Shown here: positions 20,668 to 29,840 of the stretch, piece by piece
Layout of the letters: each line of letters starts with the position of its first letter
How positions within the stretch are numbered: position 1 is the stretch's first letter
Source of the DNA: Longimicrobiales bacterium
GTDB lineage: Bacteria; Gemmatimonadota; Gemmatimonadetes; Longimicrobiales; Gaopeijiaceae
Direction of reading: 5' to 3'
NCBI GenBank assembly: GCA_963422615.1
Contig: OY730414.1
Span: forward strand, 1,302,001-1,346,301
Length of the DNA stretch: 44,301 bases
The notes under the pieces: model-generated
Seen by the model: the letters and a program-made list of their open reading frames with translations, nothing else
Told to the model about the DNA's origin: nothing
Database searches by the model: none
Program-made: the position numbers and the translations under genes

Positions 20668-22208
20668 TGTCCGCCAGCGCCTCCACGGCTGCACGGCCTT
20701 CCAGACAGAAGGAATCGGACAGCGCCCCCGGGTGGGTCGAACGGCTGACTCCCCGCCAAGTCGTGTTGGAGCTGGACAAGTACATCGTCGGCCAGTCCGA
20801 GGCGAAGAAGGCAGTGGCGATTGCTCTCAGAAACCGCTGGCGGCGGCAACGGGTGGACGAGGAGCTTCGGGACGAAATCCTTCCGAACAACCTCATCATG
20901 ATTGGCCCGACGGGGGTGGGAAAAACCGAGATCGCCCGGCGCTTGGCTCGCTTGGCCGGCTCCCCCTTCATCAAGGTGGAGGCCTCCAAGTTCACCGAGG
21001 TGGGCTACGTGGGCCGGGATGTGGAGTCCATGATCCGCGATTTGGTGGACACCGCCGTTGCCATGGTGAGGTCCGAGCGGGAAGGCGAGGTAGAGGAGGA
21101 GGCCCAGGGGCGGGTGGAGGAGCGCCTTCTGGATCTGCTTCTTCCCGATTCGGCAGGCGCGTCCGGCCGAGAGAGGACAGGAGGTTCCCCCGACGTCTCC
21201 CGGGTTCCGAAGAAGCCCGGACTGTCCGGTTCCCCCGGGAAGGTATTCGTGGCCGGGCCTTCCGGAGTGGGGCGCCAGACCGGGGCTGCGGACGGCAAAG
21301 GGGATCCGTCCATTGCCGAGCGGCGGGCTCGCACCCGAGAGAAGTTGCGCAAGCTCCTCGCCGCCGGCCGTCTTGAGGACCGCAAGGTGGAGCTGGAGGT
21401 GCAGCAGACCCCATCGGTGGAAGGAATGATGTTCCCTGTCGGCGGCATGGAGGGCATGGACATCAACTTCACGGAAATGCTCCAGGAAATGCTTCCCAAG
21501 CGGTCCAAGCGTCGCACGATGAGCATCGCCGAGGCGAGGCGGATTCTTTTCCAGGAAGAACTGGATGGGCTTGTCGACATGGACGAAGTGGTCAACGAAG
21601 CCCTGGACAGGGCCGAGGAGATCGGCATCGTCTTTCTTGACGAGATCGACAAGGTGGCGGGGCAGCGGACGGGACAAGGGCCGGATGTGAGTCGGGAAGG
21701 GGTGCAGCGGGATCTGTTGCCCATCGTGGAGGGCTCCAATGTTCAAACCAAGTACGGCTTCGTTCGCACCGATCACATGCTCTTCATCGCTGCCGGGGCG
21801 TTCCATGTTGCGAAGCCGTCGGACTTGATCCCCGAGCTCCAGGGTCGCTTTCCGATCCGGGTGGAGCTGAAGAGTCTGGGTGCGCCCGAGTTCGTGAGGA
21901 TCCTGCGAGAGCCTCGCAACGCGCTCGTCCATCAGTACCGGGCCCTGGTAGAGACCGAGGGCGCCTCCGTGGAATTCGCCGCAGACGGGGTCAAGGAGAT
22001 TGCCAGGATCGCGGCCGACCTCAACGACCGAATGGAGAACATCGGAGCGCGAAGGCTTCGAACGGTGCTTACGACCCTCCTGGAAGACCTGCTTTACGAC
22101 CTGCCCGAAGAAAAGCAAGGCGAAACCGTGGTTGTTACGGCCGAATTCGTAAAGGAGCACCTGGAGAGCATCGCGTCCGACGACGACCTGAGCCGGTACA
22201 TCCTCTAG
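20664..22208 (+). CDS. hslU: ATP-dependent protease ATPase subunit HslU
   Basis: [72 protein letters not shown], terminal DLSRYIL. ATG at 20664 overlaps the hslV stop. Confidence 0.98.
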   Translation: MMSASASTAARPSRQKESDSAPGWVERLTPRQVVLELDKYIVGQSEAKKAVAIALRNRWRRQRVDEELRDEILPNNLIMIGPTGVGKTEIARRLARLAGSPFIKVEASKFTEVGYVGRDVESMIRDLVDTAVAMVRSEREGEVEEEAQGRVEERLLDLLLPDSAGASGRERTGGSPDVSRVPKKPGLSGSPGKVFVAGPSGVGRQTGAADGKGDPSIAERRARTREKLRKLLAAGRLEDRKVELEVQQTPSVEGMMFPVGGMEGMDINFTEMLQEMLPKRSKRRTMSIAEARRILFQEELDGLVDMDEVVNEALDRAEEIGIVFLDEIDKVAGQRTGQGPDVSREGVQRDLLPIVEGSNVQTKYGFVRTDHMLFIAAGAFHVAKPSDLIPELQGRFPIRVELKSLGAPEFVRILREPRNALVHQYRALVETEGASVEFAADGVKEIARIAADLNDRMENIGARRLRTVLTTLLEDLLYDLPEEKQGETVVVTAEFVKEHLESIASDDDLSRYIL

Positions 22209-22210
22209 AA

Positions 22211-23119
22211 ATGGCGGCTTCGCCGAACCGCGTCCTGGACTTGGCCGACCTGGAGACCGGCTACCTCTACCACCTCCTGGACACGGCGACTCGCCTCAAG
22301 TCCGGGGAGCTCGCCGGGCACCCCCTGACGGCCAAGTCCCTGGCCATGATCTTCCGCAAGCGCTCCACCCGGACCCGGGTGAGCGCGGAAGTCGCGATGA
22401 CCCAACTGGGCGGACACGCCATCATGATTTCGGATCGGGAATCCCAGATGGGGCGGGGGGAAGGCGTGAAGGACACGGCGAGGGTGCTGAGCCGCTACGC
22501 CGACGCCATTCTGGTCCGCACCTTTGCCCACGAGGAGCTGATCGACTTTGCCCGGGAGGCTTCGGTCCCCGTCATCAATGGCCTCACCGACCTGCTTCAC
22601 CCTTGCCAGATTTTGGCCGACCTCCTGACCCTGACCGAGGAGTTCGGATCCGACCTTTCCCGGCTGCGGGTGGCCTGGATCGGGGACGGGAACAATGTGG
22701 CCAACTCCTGGCTCAACGCGGCCTATCGCATTGGTTTTCCCCTCCGTCTGGCGTGCCCGGTTGGCTATGACCCGAATCCGGACATTCTGGAGCGGGCCCG
22801 GGCGAGAAGCGGGGCGAAGCTATTCCGCGACCCGGCGGAGGCCGTCGACGGGGCCCACGCGGTGACCACCGACGTATGGACATCTATGGGACAAGAAGGG
22901 GAGCAGAACGCCCGAAAGCGAGCGTTCGCAGATTTCCAGGTAGACGAAGCCCTTATGGAGAGAGCAGACCCCGCCGGGGTTTTCCTGCACTGTCTGCCTG
23001 CGCACCGAGGTGAGGAAGTCACGGCAAGCGTGATCGACGGTCCCCGATCCCGCGTAATTCGAGAGGCCGAAAACAGACTGCACACCATCAAGGCCATCCT
23101 CCTCGATCTGATGGGTTGA
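22211..23119 (+). CDS. argF: Ornithine carbamoyltransferase
   Basis: STRTR, HPCQILAD, GDGNNVANS, DVWTSMGQE, FLHCLPAHRGEEV, EAENRLH. Confidence 0.95.
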   Translation: MAASPNRVLDLADLETGYLYHLLDTATRLKSGELAGHPLTAKSLAMIFRKRSTRTRVSAEVAMTQLGGHAIMISDRESQMGRGEGVKDTARVLSRYADAILVRTFAHEELIDFAREASVPVINGLTDLLHPCQILADLLTLTEEFGSDLSRLRVAWIGDGNNVANSWLNAAYRIGFPLRLACPVGYDPNPDILERARARSGAKLFRDPAEAVDGAHAVTTDVWTSMGQEGEQNARKRAFADFQVDEALMERADPAGVFLHCLPAHRGEEVTASVIDGPRSRVIREAENRLHTIKAILLDLMG

Positions 23120-23166
23120 AGGGCGAGGGCCGTTTCTTGGGGGCGGGGGAGGCCCCGGAAACCCAC

Positions 23167-24276
23167 ATGGACGCGAAACCGATCAGAACCCCGCTCTATG
23201 ACACCCATGTTTCGTTGGGGGCAAAGATGGTCCCCTTCGCCGGATACCTCATGCCCGTCCACTATCCCGGGGGGATACGGGCCGAACACAACGCCGTGCG
23301 CACGACGGCCGGCCTTTTCGACGTCTCCCACATGGGGGAATTCACCGTCCGGGGGCCCCAGGCGGCGGACTTGATCCAATACTTGACGGTGAACGACGCG
23401 TCCCGGATTGCCGTTGGCCAAGCCCAGTACTCCGCGATTTGCAACGAAGGCGGGTTCGTATTGGATGACCTCCTCGTCTATCGCTTCGAAGACCGCTTCC
23501 TTCTCGTCGTCAATGCCGGGAACCGGGCCAAGGACTGGGAGTGGATGAACGAGCACGCGAAAGGCTTCGATGTCGAGCTGACGGACGATTCCGACGAAAT
23601 CGCCCTCCTCGCCCTTCAGGGCCCCCGGTCCCGGGATGTCCTTGCGCGCCTCACCGGGACCGCCTTGGGGGCGATCGGGTACTACCGCTTCGCAGAAGGG
23701 ACCGTGGCGGGTGAGGAAGCCGTGTTGAGCCGCACGGGATATACCGGAGAGGACGGCTTTGAACTGTACCTTCCCGCGGAAAGGGCCCCGGCCGTCTGGC
23801 AGGCCCTGACCGTAGCCGGAGAGCCGCACGGTCTCGTTCCCGCGGGGCTGGGAGCCCGAGACTCCCTCCGTTTGGAAATGGGGTATGCCTTGTACGGAAG
23901 CGATCTGGACGAGGCGCACACCGCCCTTGAATCGGGCTTGAGCTGGATCGTCAAGCTGAACGCCGGCGATTTCATTGGCCAACAGGCGCTCGCTGCCGAC
24001 AAAGAGCGGAAGCCGACCCGCCGTCTCGTCGGGATTCGTCTCCTCGGACGCGGGTTCCCCCGTTCCGGATATTCCATCGTGTGCGAAGGCAGGGATGTAG
24101 GAGTGGTCACGTCGGGGGTGGCAAGTCCGACCCTCGGAGTGGGGGTGGCTCTGGGCTATGTTCCGGCGAGCGTGGCCGCACCTGGCACGGAAGTCGGGGT
24201 TCGAATTCGCGGCGTCGTCGTCCCCGGACGTACTGAACGGCCACCCTTCTACACCCGGGGTTCGATCAAGAGATAG
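23167..24276 (+). CDS. gcvT: Glycine cleavage system aminomethyltransferase T
   Basis: RTPLY..H..LGAKMVPFAGY.MPV, GLFDVSHMGE, SRTGYTGEDGFE, GLGARDSLRLEMG, VTSG..SPTL. ATG 23167 preferred over TTG 23116. Confidence 0.97.
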   Translation: MDAKPIRTPLYDTHVSLGAKMVPFAGYLMPVHYPGGIRAEHNAVRTTAGLFDVSHMGEFTVRGPQAADLIQYLTVNDASRIAVGQAQYSAICNEGGFVLDDLLVYRFEDRFLLVVNAGNRAKDWEWMNEHAKGFDVELTDDSDEIALLALQGPRSRDVLARLTGTALGAIGYYRFAEGTVAGEEAVLSRTGYTGEDGFELYLPAERAPAVWQALTVAGEPHGLVPAGLGARDSLRLEMGYALYGSDLDEAHTALESGLSWIVKLNAGDFIGQQALAADKERKPTRRLVGIRLLGRGFPRSGYSIVCEGRDVGVVTSGVASPTLGVGVALGYVPASVAAPGTEVGVRIRGVVVPGRTERPPFYTRGSIKR

Positions 24277-24287
24277 AGCGCTTCGGC

Positions 24288-26024
24288 ATGGCGGAAACCG
24301 TCCTGGTTACGGCCCACGACCTTCCGTTGGCGGGGAAGCTGCGCACGGGGTTCAAGCGCGGTGGATACGGGGTGGAATTTCTGGCGAAGGGTGAAGCGCC
24401 GACCGACACGGGCGATCCGGTGCTCCTCGTCCTGACGGGGGGTATGGACACAGACGGGGGCCGATTGGCGGCCGACCGCGGGCGGGAGATGGGGCTCCCC
24501 GTGTTCGCCGTTCTGGAGCCCGGCAGGGAGGACGCCGCCTCCGGGCGGGTGACCGGCGCGTTTTTCGCGCCGACGGATCCCGACGAGATCGTCCTCATGG
24601 GCAGGCGGACGATCGAGCGGAACCGCCTCCGGAGAGTAACCGGGATCGTCGGGGAGACCGACGCGATGGTGGAGGTCCTGGAGCGGATCGTCCAGATCGC
24701 CCCGGTGGACGCCACCGTTCTGATTACCGGAGAGTCGGGAACAGGAAAGGAATTGGTCGCCCGGGGGCTACACGCCCTCTCCAGGCGCCGGCACCAGGCG
24801 TTCATTCCCGTCAATGTGGCGGCGCTTTCCGAGAGTCTTTTGGAAAGCGAGCTCTTCGGCCACGAAAAGGGGGCCTTCACAGGGGCCATCGACATGCGGC
24901 GGGGTCTCTTCGAACTGGCGGACAGGGGTACCATCTTTCTGGACGAAATCGGGGAGATGCCGACGCAGACCCAGACCAAGTTACTCCGCGTGCTGGAGCA
25001 GCAGGAGTTCTTGCGTGTGGGCGGCCAGAAGCCCATCCGGGTGAACGTGAGGATCCTGGCCGCCACCAACCAGCGGCTGCAGGAGCGGGTGGCCGTTGGC
25101 GACTTTCGCAAGGATCTGTATTATCGCCTGAACGTCCTCCACATCTCCCTGCCGCCCTTGCGGGACCGGCGAGAAGACATCCCCCGCCTCGTGGATGCCT
25201 TCATCCGGGAGGCGAGCGCGCGCCACGATCGGGGCCCCTTCAGGGGCATCTCCGAGGATGCCATGGAAATCCTGGTTCGCCACCCTTGGCCGGGGAACGT
25301 GAGAGAGCTGCGCAACTTGGTGGAAAGCATGGTGGTCCTCACGCCCGGTCGGCAGATCCGCGCGGAGGACATTCCGAAGGACGTTGCCACGAGGCGAGGG
25401 TCCGTGGCGCTCGTACCCGTCGCTCGGCGGAGCTCGACTGAGGGCGCCGGTGCCATGCGACCCCAGCTCGAAGTCATCTTTCGCACGATGATGGAGATGA
25501 AGGTGGACATCGAAGACCTGAGGAGGGAGTTCGAAATCTTTCGCAGAGGGGAGGCGGAAGGGGGAGGCGCGGTGTTGCTCTCGGCCCCTGGGGAAGCCGT
25601 CCCGCCGCACGCTGCTTCCGGGGGAATCGTCTATGACCCCCGCTCCCCCGACAATTCCAGGCCGGGTGACGGATCCCCGAACCGGCCCGGGTCCGAAGCC
25701 GGCCTGTCCTCCGAACTTGACGCGATCCCGCCTACGGGCGGGGATGCAGGCCTACCCCCGGATTCCGAAGTCGACGCGCCTCCCGGGAGCGGCCATACCG
25801 GGTCCGTCCAACCGGAGCTCCCGCCCGCGGCTCCGGACGTCTCCCACACCGTCGTGTATCAGCCCGGAATGACGCTGGAAGACACGGAACGGGAAACGAT
25901 TCGGGTTGTTCTTGCGCAGGTTGAGGGGAATCGGCGCAAGGCCTCCCAGGAGCTGGGAATTGGCGAACGGACCCTCTACCGAAAGGTCAGGAAACTGGGC
26001 CTGGGCGAGGCTCCGGGAACCTAG
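24288..26024 (+). CDS. Sigma-54-dependent transcriptional activator (degenerate receiver-like N-terminus, AAA+, Fis-type HTH)
   Basis: GESGTGKE, LLESELFGHEKGAFTGA, GTIFLDEIGE, FRKDLYYRL, WPGNVREL, C-terminal GNRRKASQELGIGERTLYRK. Confidence 0.93.
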   Translation: MAETVLVTAHDLPLAGKLRTGFKRGGYGVEFLAKGEAPTDTGDPVLLVLTGGMDTDGGRLAADRGREMGLPVFAVLEPGREDAASGRVTGAFFAPTDPDEIVLMGRRTIERNRLRRVTGIVGETDAMVEVLERIVQIAPVDATVLITGESGTGKELVARGLHALSRRRHQAFIPVNVAALSESLLESELFGHEKGAFTGAIDMRRGLFELADRGTIFLDEIGEMPTQTQTKLLRVLEQQEFLRVGGQKPIRVNVRILAATNQRLQERVAVGDFRKDLYYRLNVLHISLPPLRDRREDIPRLVDAFIREASARHDRGPFRGISEDAMEILVRHPWPGNVRELRNLVESMVVLTPGRQIRAEDIPKDVATRRGSVALVPVARRSSTEGAGAMRPQLEVIFRTMMEMKVDIEDLRREFEIFRRGEAEGGGAVLLSAPGEAVPPHAASGGIVYDPRSPDNSRPGDGSPNRPGSEAGLSSELDAIPPTGGDAGLPPDSEVDAPPGSGHTGSVQPELPPAAPDVSHTVVYQPGMTLEDTERETIRVVLAQVEGNRRKASQELGIGERTLYRKVRKLGLGEAPGT

Positions 26025-26174
26025 GCAGGGGACCACAGGGTACGGGCAGGTGCGTTTTCTGCCCTACGCTATCGGACGCTTCACGGGCAGGAGATTTGCT
26101 GTCGTTGACGTTGGCCAAGAAGGCATGGCCAGATACCGCATCCCCGTTGCCGTACCCGAATGTTACCCGCGGAT

Positions 26175-27182
26175 CTAGGGTCTTCCGCACGAGAAGGAGT
26201 TCAGGATCTCGTCCAGCTGGATCATGTATTCGTACTTTTCCTTTCCGGGAGCATACAGCCAAGCGTCAATGAGGTACATGCGGGCTTGGTCCCGACAGAT
26301 CACCGCCCAGGTAATGAACGGGCCCGCCGCGGGGAACGCCTCCCCGGGAGGATTCTCCCAGACGCCCTGGATGAAGTACGCGTCGTTGTTCTTGAACGTT
26401 GTCGGTCCTGCTGAATTCAACGCCGGCCTTATTGCTTGTGGAAAGCTGTAGTAGTCGTCCACGATCCGGGCTCGCCAAGCCAGTAGGTCCTCCCCTCGAA
26501 CCCCCTCTGGAATGGGGGTTTGCCACGTAACCGCAATCTGGCGAATCAGCTCGGATGGATCCGGGTTGTCGTTTCTGAATAGGTGAACCGAATCGCGAAC
26601 CGCGTAGACGTAGACGTTGGGCAGCAGAAGGCTGAAGCGGGCCTCGTTCCAGAGGGTTCCGACCAAGTCCGTGTTCCGTCCCGACGCGAACATTTTGGAT
26701 GCAGCCCATGCCCTATAGAACTCGTCGTATGCGTCGGCCAGGGTGGGGATCACCTCCTCCACGGCTTCGGCACCGGATTCTTCGTTCAGGACAACGAGGG
26801 TGACCCACTGTCCCCGGGACCAAACGTCTTGGGTGTAGGTGATTTCGGGCAGGGAATCGAGCGCCTCGACGTTGGCCAGCGCCTGCGCCATCCACGGGTC
26901 CGCCGGTGTCCCGATGAGGAGCTGTTGCTTCAGGAGCCGGAGAGAGTACCAAGTGGAATCACCGGGATCCTGGTGGGTGACAGTGAATGTCTTCTCGTCG
27001 CGCACCGTGAAAATGGTTCTTTCCAGGGCCGGAACCAGGGAGGGCGCGATTTCCTCCCATAGCTCCGGGGCGGCGGTTACGATGATGCTGTTCGCGTCCC
27101 CCATCGCAAAGGGGAGGTCGCCGCACCCCGGAGCGGAAAGAACCGCCGAGAGGGACAGCGCGGCGAAGACTCGATTGCTCAT
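26175..27182 (-). CDS. DUF4837-like lipoprotein
   Basis: Signal peptide ending APG|CGD; DVWSRGQ, GVWE...AGPF and LYAPGKEK..Y.IQLDEIL resemble DUF4837 as I recall it. Confidence 0.7.
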   Translation of the reverse strand: MSNRVFAALSLSAVLSAPGCGDLPFAMGDANSIIVTAAPELWEEIAPSLVPALERTIFTVRDEKTFTVTHQDPGDSTWYSLRLLKQQLLIGTPADPWMAQALANVEALDSLPEITYTQDVWSRGQWVTLVVLNEESGAEAVEEVIPTLADAYDEFYRAWAASKMFASGRNTDLVGTLWNEARFSLLLPNVYVYAVRDSVHLFRNDNPDPSELIRQIAVTWQTPIPEGVRGEDLLAWRARIVDDYYSFPQAIRPALNSAGPTTFKNNDAYFIQGVWENPPGEAFPAAGPFITWAVICRDQARMYLIDAWLYAPGKEKYEYMIQLDEILNSFSCGRP

Positions 27183-27297
27183 GGTTTCCCCGTATGCTCT
27201 CTATGATAGTGTGAGGTTGAAAGAGATTGAGTATCCGCGCCCGCAAGCGACAAAGCCCCCGCGAAGCCCGAAGGCATTTCTAGCATCGGAAGAACTC

Positions 27298-27335
27298 GTT
27301 CCGTACATTACGGAACCCGATCCGTACAGTACGCA
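27298..27335. promoter_or_regulatory. Putative tandem operator: perfect palindrome GTTCCGTA-cat-TACGGAAC plus a degenerate copy TCCGTA-cag-TACGCA 21 bp downstream
   Basis: Read directly (27298-27316 and 27321-27335) in the divergent intergenic region; function inferred. Confidence 0.5.
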
Positions 27336-27370
27336 GGAGGAGCGCCTCCGTCTACGACCCGGAGCGACGA

Positions 27371-27955
27371 ATGTTCGAAGAAAAGTCCCAGGCGGGGTCG
27401 CACCGATCCCGGCATTCGGCCCCGCTTTGCCGTCCGGGAGTGGGGCGGTTGGTGGGAACCTGGTGCATGGCTGGCCCCGCTCTGTTGGGGGTCCTGTCTT
27501 TGGCGTTCCTCATTGGGTGCGCTTCCGGCGGTGGGACGAATTCGGGACCGGAGTCGCCCGCCGGCCGAGCCCCCGCGTCTGTGAGCCCGACCCCGGAAGC
27601 CCGTGTTGAGCCTGCGGGTCCGGGAGCGGAGGCCGGGGCGGAGATCTTCACTCAGGCGCAGTCCGATCGGGGCCGGTCCACGTTTGACGCGGTTTGTTCC
27701 GAGTGTCACACGACGAGTGAGTTTCGGGGAAGGGGTTTCCAGGCCAACTGGGGTCGCCGGACCGTCTATTCTTTCTACCGGACCGTGCGCTCCACCATGC
27801 CCGACGACGATCCCGGAGGCCTGGACGAGCAGGTCTACCTGGATGTCGTATCCTACATTCTGCGCATGAACGGCCACCGCCCAGGCCCTTCGGAGCTCTC
27901 GCCCGACTCACCGATGCGGGATGTGAGGATCGCCCTCCCTGGGCCGGAGCGCTGA
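27371..27955 (+). CDS. Monoheme cytochrome c lipoprotein
   Basis: Lipobox LIG|CASGGG, Pro/Ala linker, IFTQAQSDRG, heme motif CSECH, distal-ligand candidate TMP.D.PGGL, SYILRMNG. Start may be GTG 27440 or ATG 27467. Confidence 0.85.
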   Translation: MFEEKSQAGSHRSRHSAPLCRPGVGRLVGTWCMAGPALLGVLSLAFLIGCASGGGTNSGPESPAGRAPASVSPTPEARVEPAGPGAEAGAEIFTQAQSDRGRSTFDAVCSECHTTSEFRGRGFQANWGRRTVYSFYRTVRSTMPDDDPGGLDEQVYLDVVSYILRMNGHRPGPSELSPDSPMRDVRIALPGPER

Positions 27956-28025
27956 TTTGGTACCCCGGCCGGGACGCCATAGCGGCAAAGGAGAAGGATC
28001 GAAAGCGGATCCGGATCGCGGGGGA

Positions 28026-29351
28026 GTGAATCGACGGGAGTTCCTGAAGGCAGCCCCGGGTGTCGGGGCCCTGCTGGGGAGCACCGGGGCGAAGGGCTCT
28101 CCTTCGGAACGCAAGGCTGGGGAGGGCGCGGTCGGTGGGAAGAAGGGGGCACCGGCCCTTCATACGCAGGCGAGCCCCGATATCGCGGTCATCGGCGCCG
28201 GAACCTTCGGGGCCTGGACCGCCCTCAAACTGCAACAGGCGGGGGCGCAGGTTACCGTCATTGACCAGTACGGTCCCGCCAACTCCCGGGCGACCTCCGG
28301 GGGGGAGACCCGTGGTGTGCGCACGGGATACGGGGACCGGACCCACGGCCTCCTCTGGACCCGGTGGGCGAAGCGGGCGATCCAGGAGTGGAAGGAGTGG
28401 GACGAACAGGGGCGGGACATGCTCCTTCCCCGGGTCTTCTTCACCACTTCGGATCTGATCCTGCGGGACGAGTGGACAGAGTTCATGGAGGACACCCGGA
28501 AGAACTGGGACGAGGTGGGCGTTCGATACGAGGTCTTGGATTCCGACGAAATTGCCCGGCGCTGGCCCGTCGTGGATGTGACGGGTATTGCAGTGGCCCT
28601 TCACGAGTTGGACGCCGGGGTCGTTCGGGCCCGTCGAGCCATCGAATCCGTCGCCCGGGTTTTTCGGCAAGCCGGGGGGGAGGTGAAGGTCGGTCGAGCG
28701 GACTTGGGAGGAAGCACGGGCCGCCGCCTGGACGATCTCCGTCTTCAGCCCGCGGAGTCCTTTTCTGCCGGGGAATATGTCTTCGCCCTGGGCCCCTGGT
28801 ACCCCAAGGTGTTCCCTCAGCTCATGGGAAACCGGTTGCGGACCCCCATTGGGCACGTCGCTTATTTTCGGACGCCGCCTGGGGACAACCGCTACAGCCA
28901 TCCGAACCTGCCCAGCTACAACTTCCCGGGAGTCACGGGCTGGCCCGCCTTGAGTCCCGACAATCGCGGGTTCAGGGTCAGGACCGGGGGCCGGCCTCCG
29001 GAAGCGGACCCGGACACCAGCCGCCGATGGCTGCGCCCGGAGGAACTGGATCGTCCCCGGGGCTTCGTGCGAGAACGATTTCCGGGACTGGCGGACGCCC
29101 CCATCACCGAGACCCGGGCGTGTCATTACGAGCTGTCGGTAACCCGCAACTTTTTCTTCGACCACCACCCCGACTTCGACAACGTATGGTTGGCCGGGGG
29201 CGGATCGGCCGAGGGCTTCAAGTTCGGTCCGGTAATCGGGGATTACCTGGCCGGACGCATCCTGGGTACGGAAACCGACCCCGAGCTGATCGAGGCCTTC
29301 CGCCTGTCGGACGAGGAGTTCGAAACCGGAGACGGTGGAACGAATCCATAG
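28026..29351 (+). CDS. FAD-dependent oxidoreductase, monomeric sarcosine oxidase / DAO superfamily, with twin-arginine motif
   Basis: GTG start then NRREFLK; VIGAGTFG dinucleotide motif; TSGGETRGVRTGYG; RACHYE; GGSAEGFKFGPVIG. Confidence 0.88.
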   Translation: MNRREFLKAAPGVGALLGSTGAKGSPSERKAGEGAVGGKKGAPALHTQASPDIAVIGAGTFGAWTALKLQQAGAQVTVIDQYGPANSRATSGGETRGVRTGYGDRTHGLLWTRWAKRAIQEWKEWDEQGRDMLLPRVFFTTSDLILRDEWTEFMEDTRKNWDEVGVRYEVLDSDEIARRWPVVDVTGIAVALHELDAGVVRARRAIESVARVFRQAGGEVKVGRADLGGSTGRRLDDLRLQPAESFSAGEYVFALGPWYPKVFPQLMGNRLRTPIGHVAYFRTPPGDNRYSHPNLPSYNFPGVTGWPALSPDNRGFRVRTGGRPPEADPDTSRRWLRPEELDRPRGFVRERFPGLADAPITETRACHYELSVTRNFFFDHHPDFDNVWLAGGGSAEGFKFGPVIGDYLAGRILGTETDPELIEAFRLSDEEFETGDGGTNP

Positions 29352-29435
29352 ACGGAACGAAATCCTTAGCCCAGGTGTGACGCAAGTTGGCTCTGCCGAT
29401 GCCGGGTTCGAAACGGAGGACGGCGGAGCGAATCC
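29318..29435 (+). repeat. Diverged direct repeat of the oxidoreductase 3' end (30 bp, 25/30 identical, 88 bp apart)
   Basis: GTTCGAAACCGGAGACGGTGGAACGAATCC (29318-29347) versus GTTCGAAACGGAGGACGGCGGAGCGAATCC (29406-29435). Confidence 0.8.
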
Positions 29436-29840
29436 TAAGTCTCCTTTCGTTCTTTGGAGGGCGTTGCGTGTTACAGCCCCCGTACTGCCGCTGCCAGTGG
29501 GCGGGGACCGGGTTTGCCAGCTAGAAAGTCACCTCAACGTCCGCGATGCCGTCCTGGCAGGGAACGTGGCCCAGCTCTGGGCCATGGATTACCCCAACGA
29601 ATCCCCACACGGGATCGCGGGCCGGATTCCGTTTGTGAGGATGAACATCGTGGGGTCCTAACCTGGGGCTTCTCTCTCCGGCGGGGCGCACCTTTCGACC
29701 CCGTCACTTTGCCGGGTGTTGCGGCGCCCGGGGGTCGCCGCGCCCCTGGAGGCGGTCACAATCCCTCCCGGCGTACGTCGTCCTCCAGGCAGGGCGGGCC
29801 AGCCGGCCGGATCCGGTTCATGCCAAAGAAGGGACTTTGA

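Noticed and set aside
29401..29420. GGGTTCGAA resembling a tRNA T-loop
   Set aside because: No paired T-stem or cloverleaf; it is part of the duplicated gene end.
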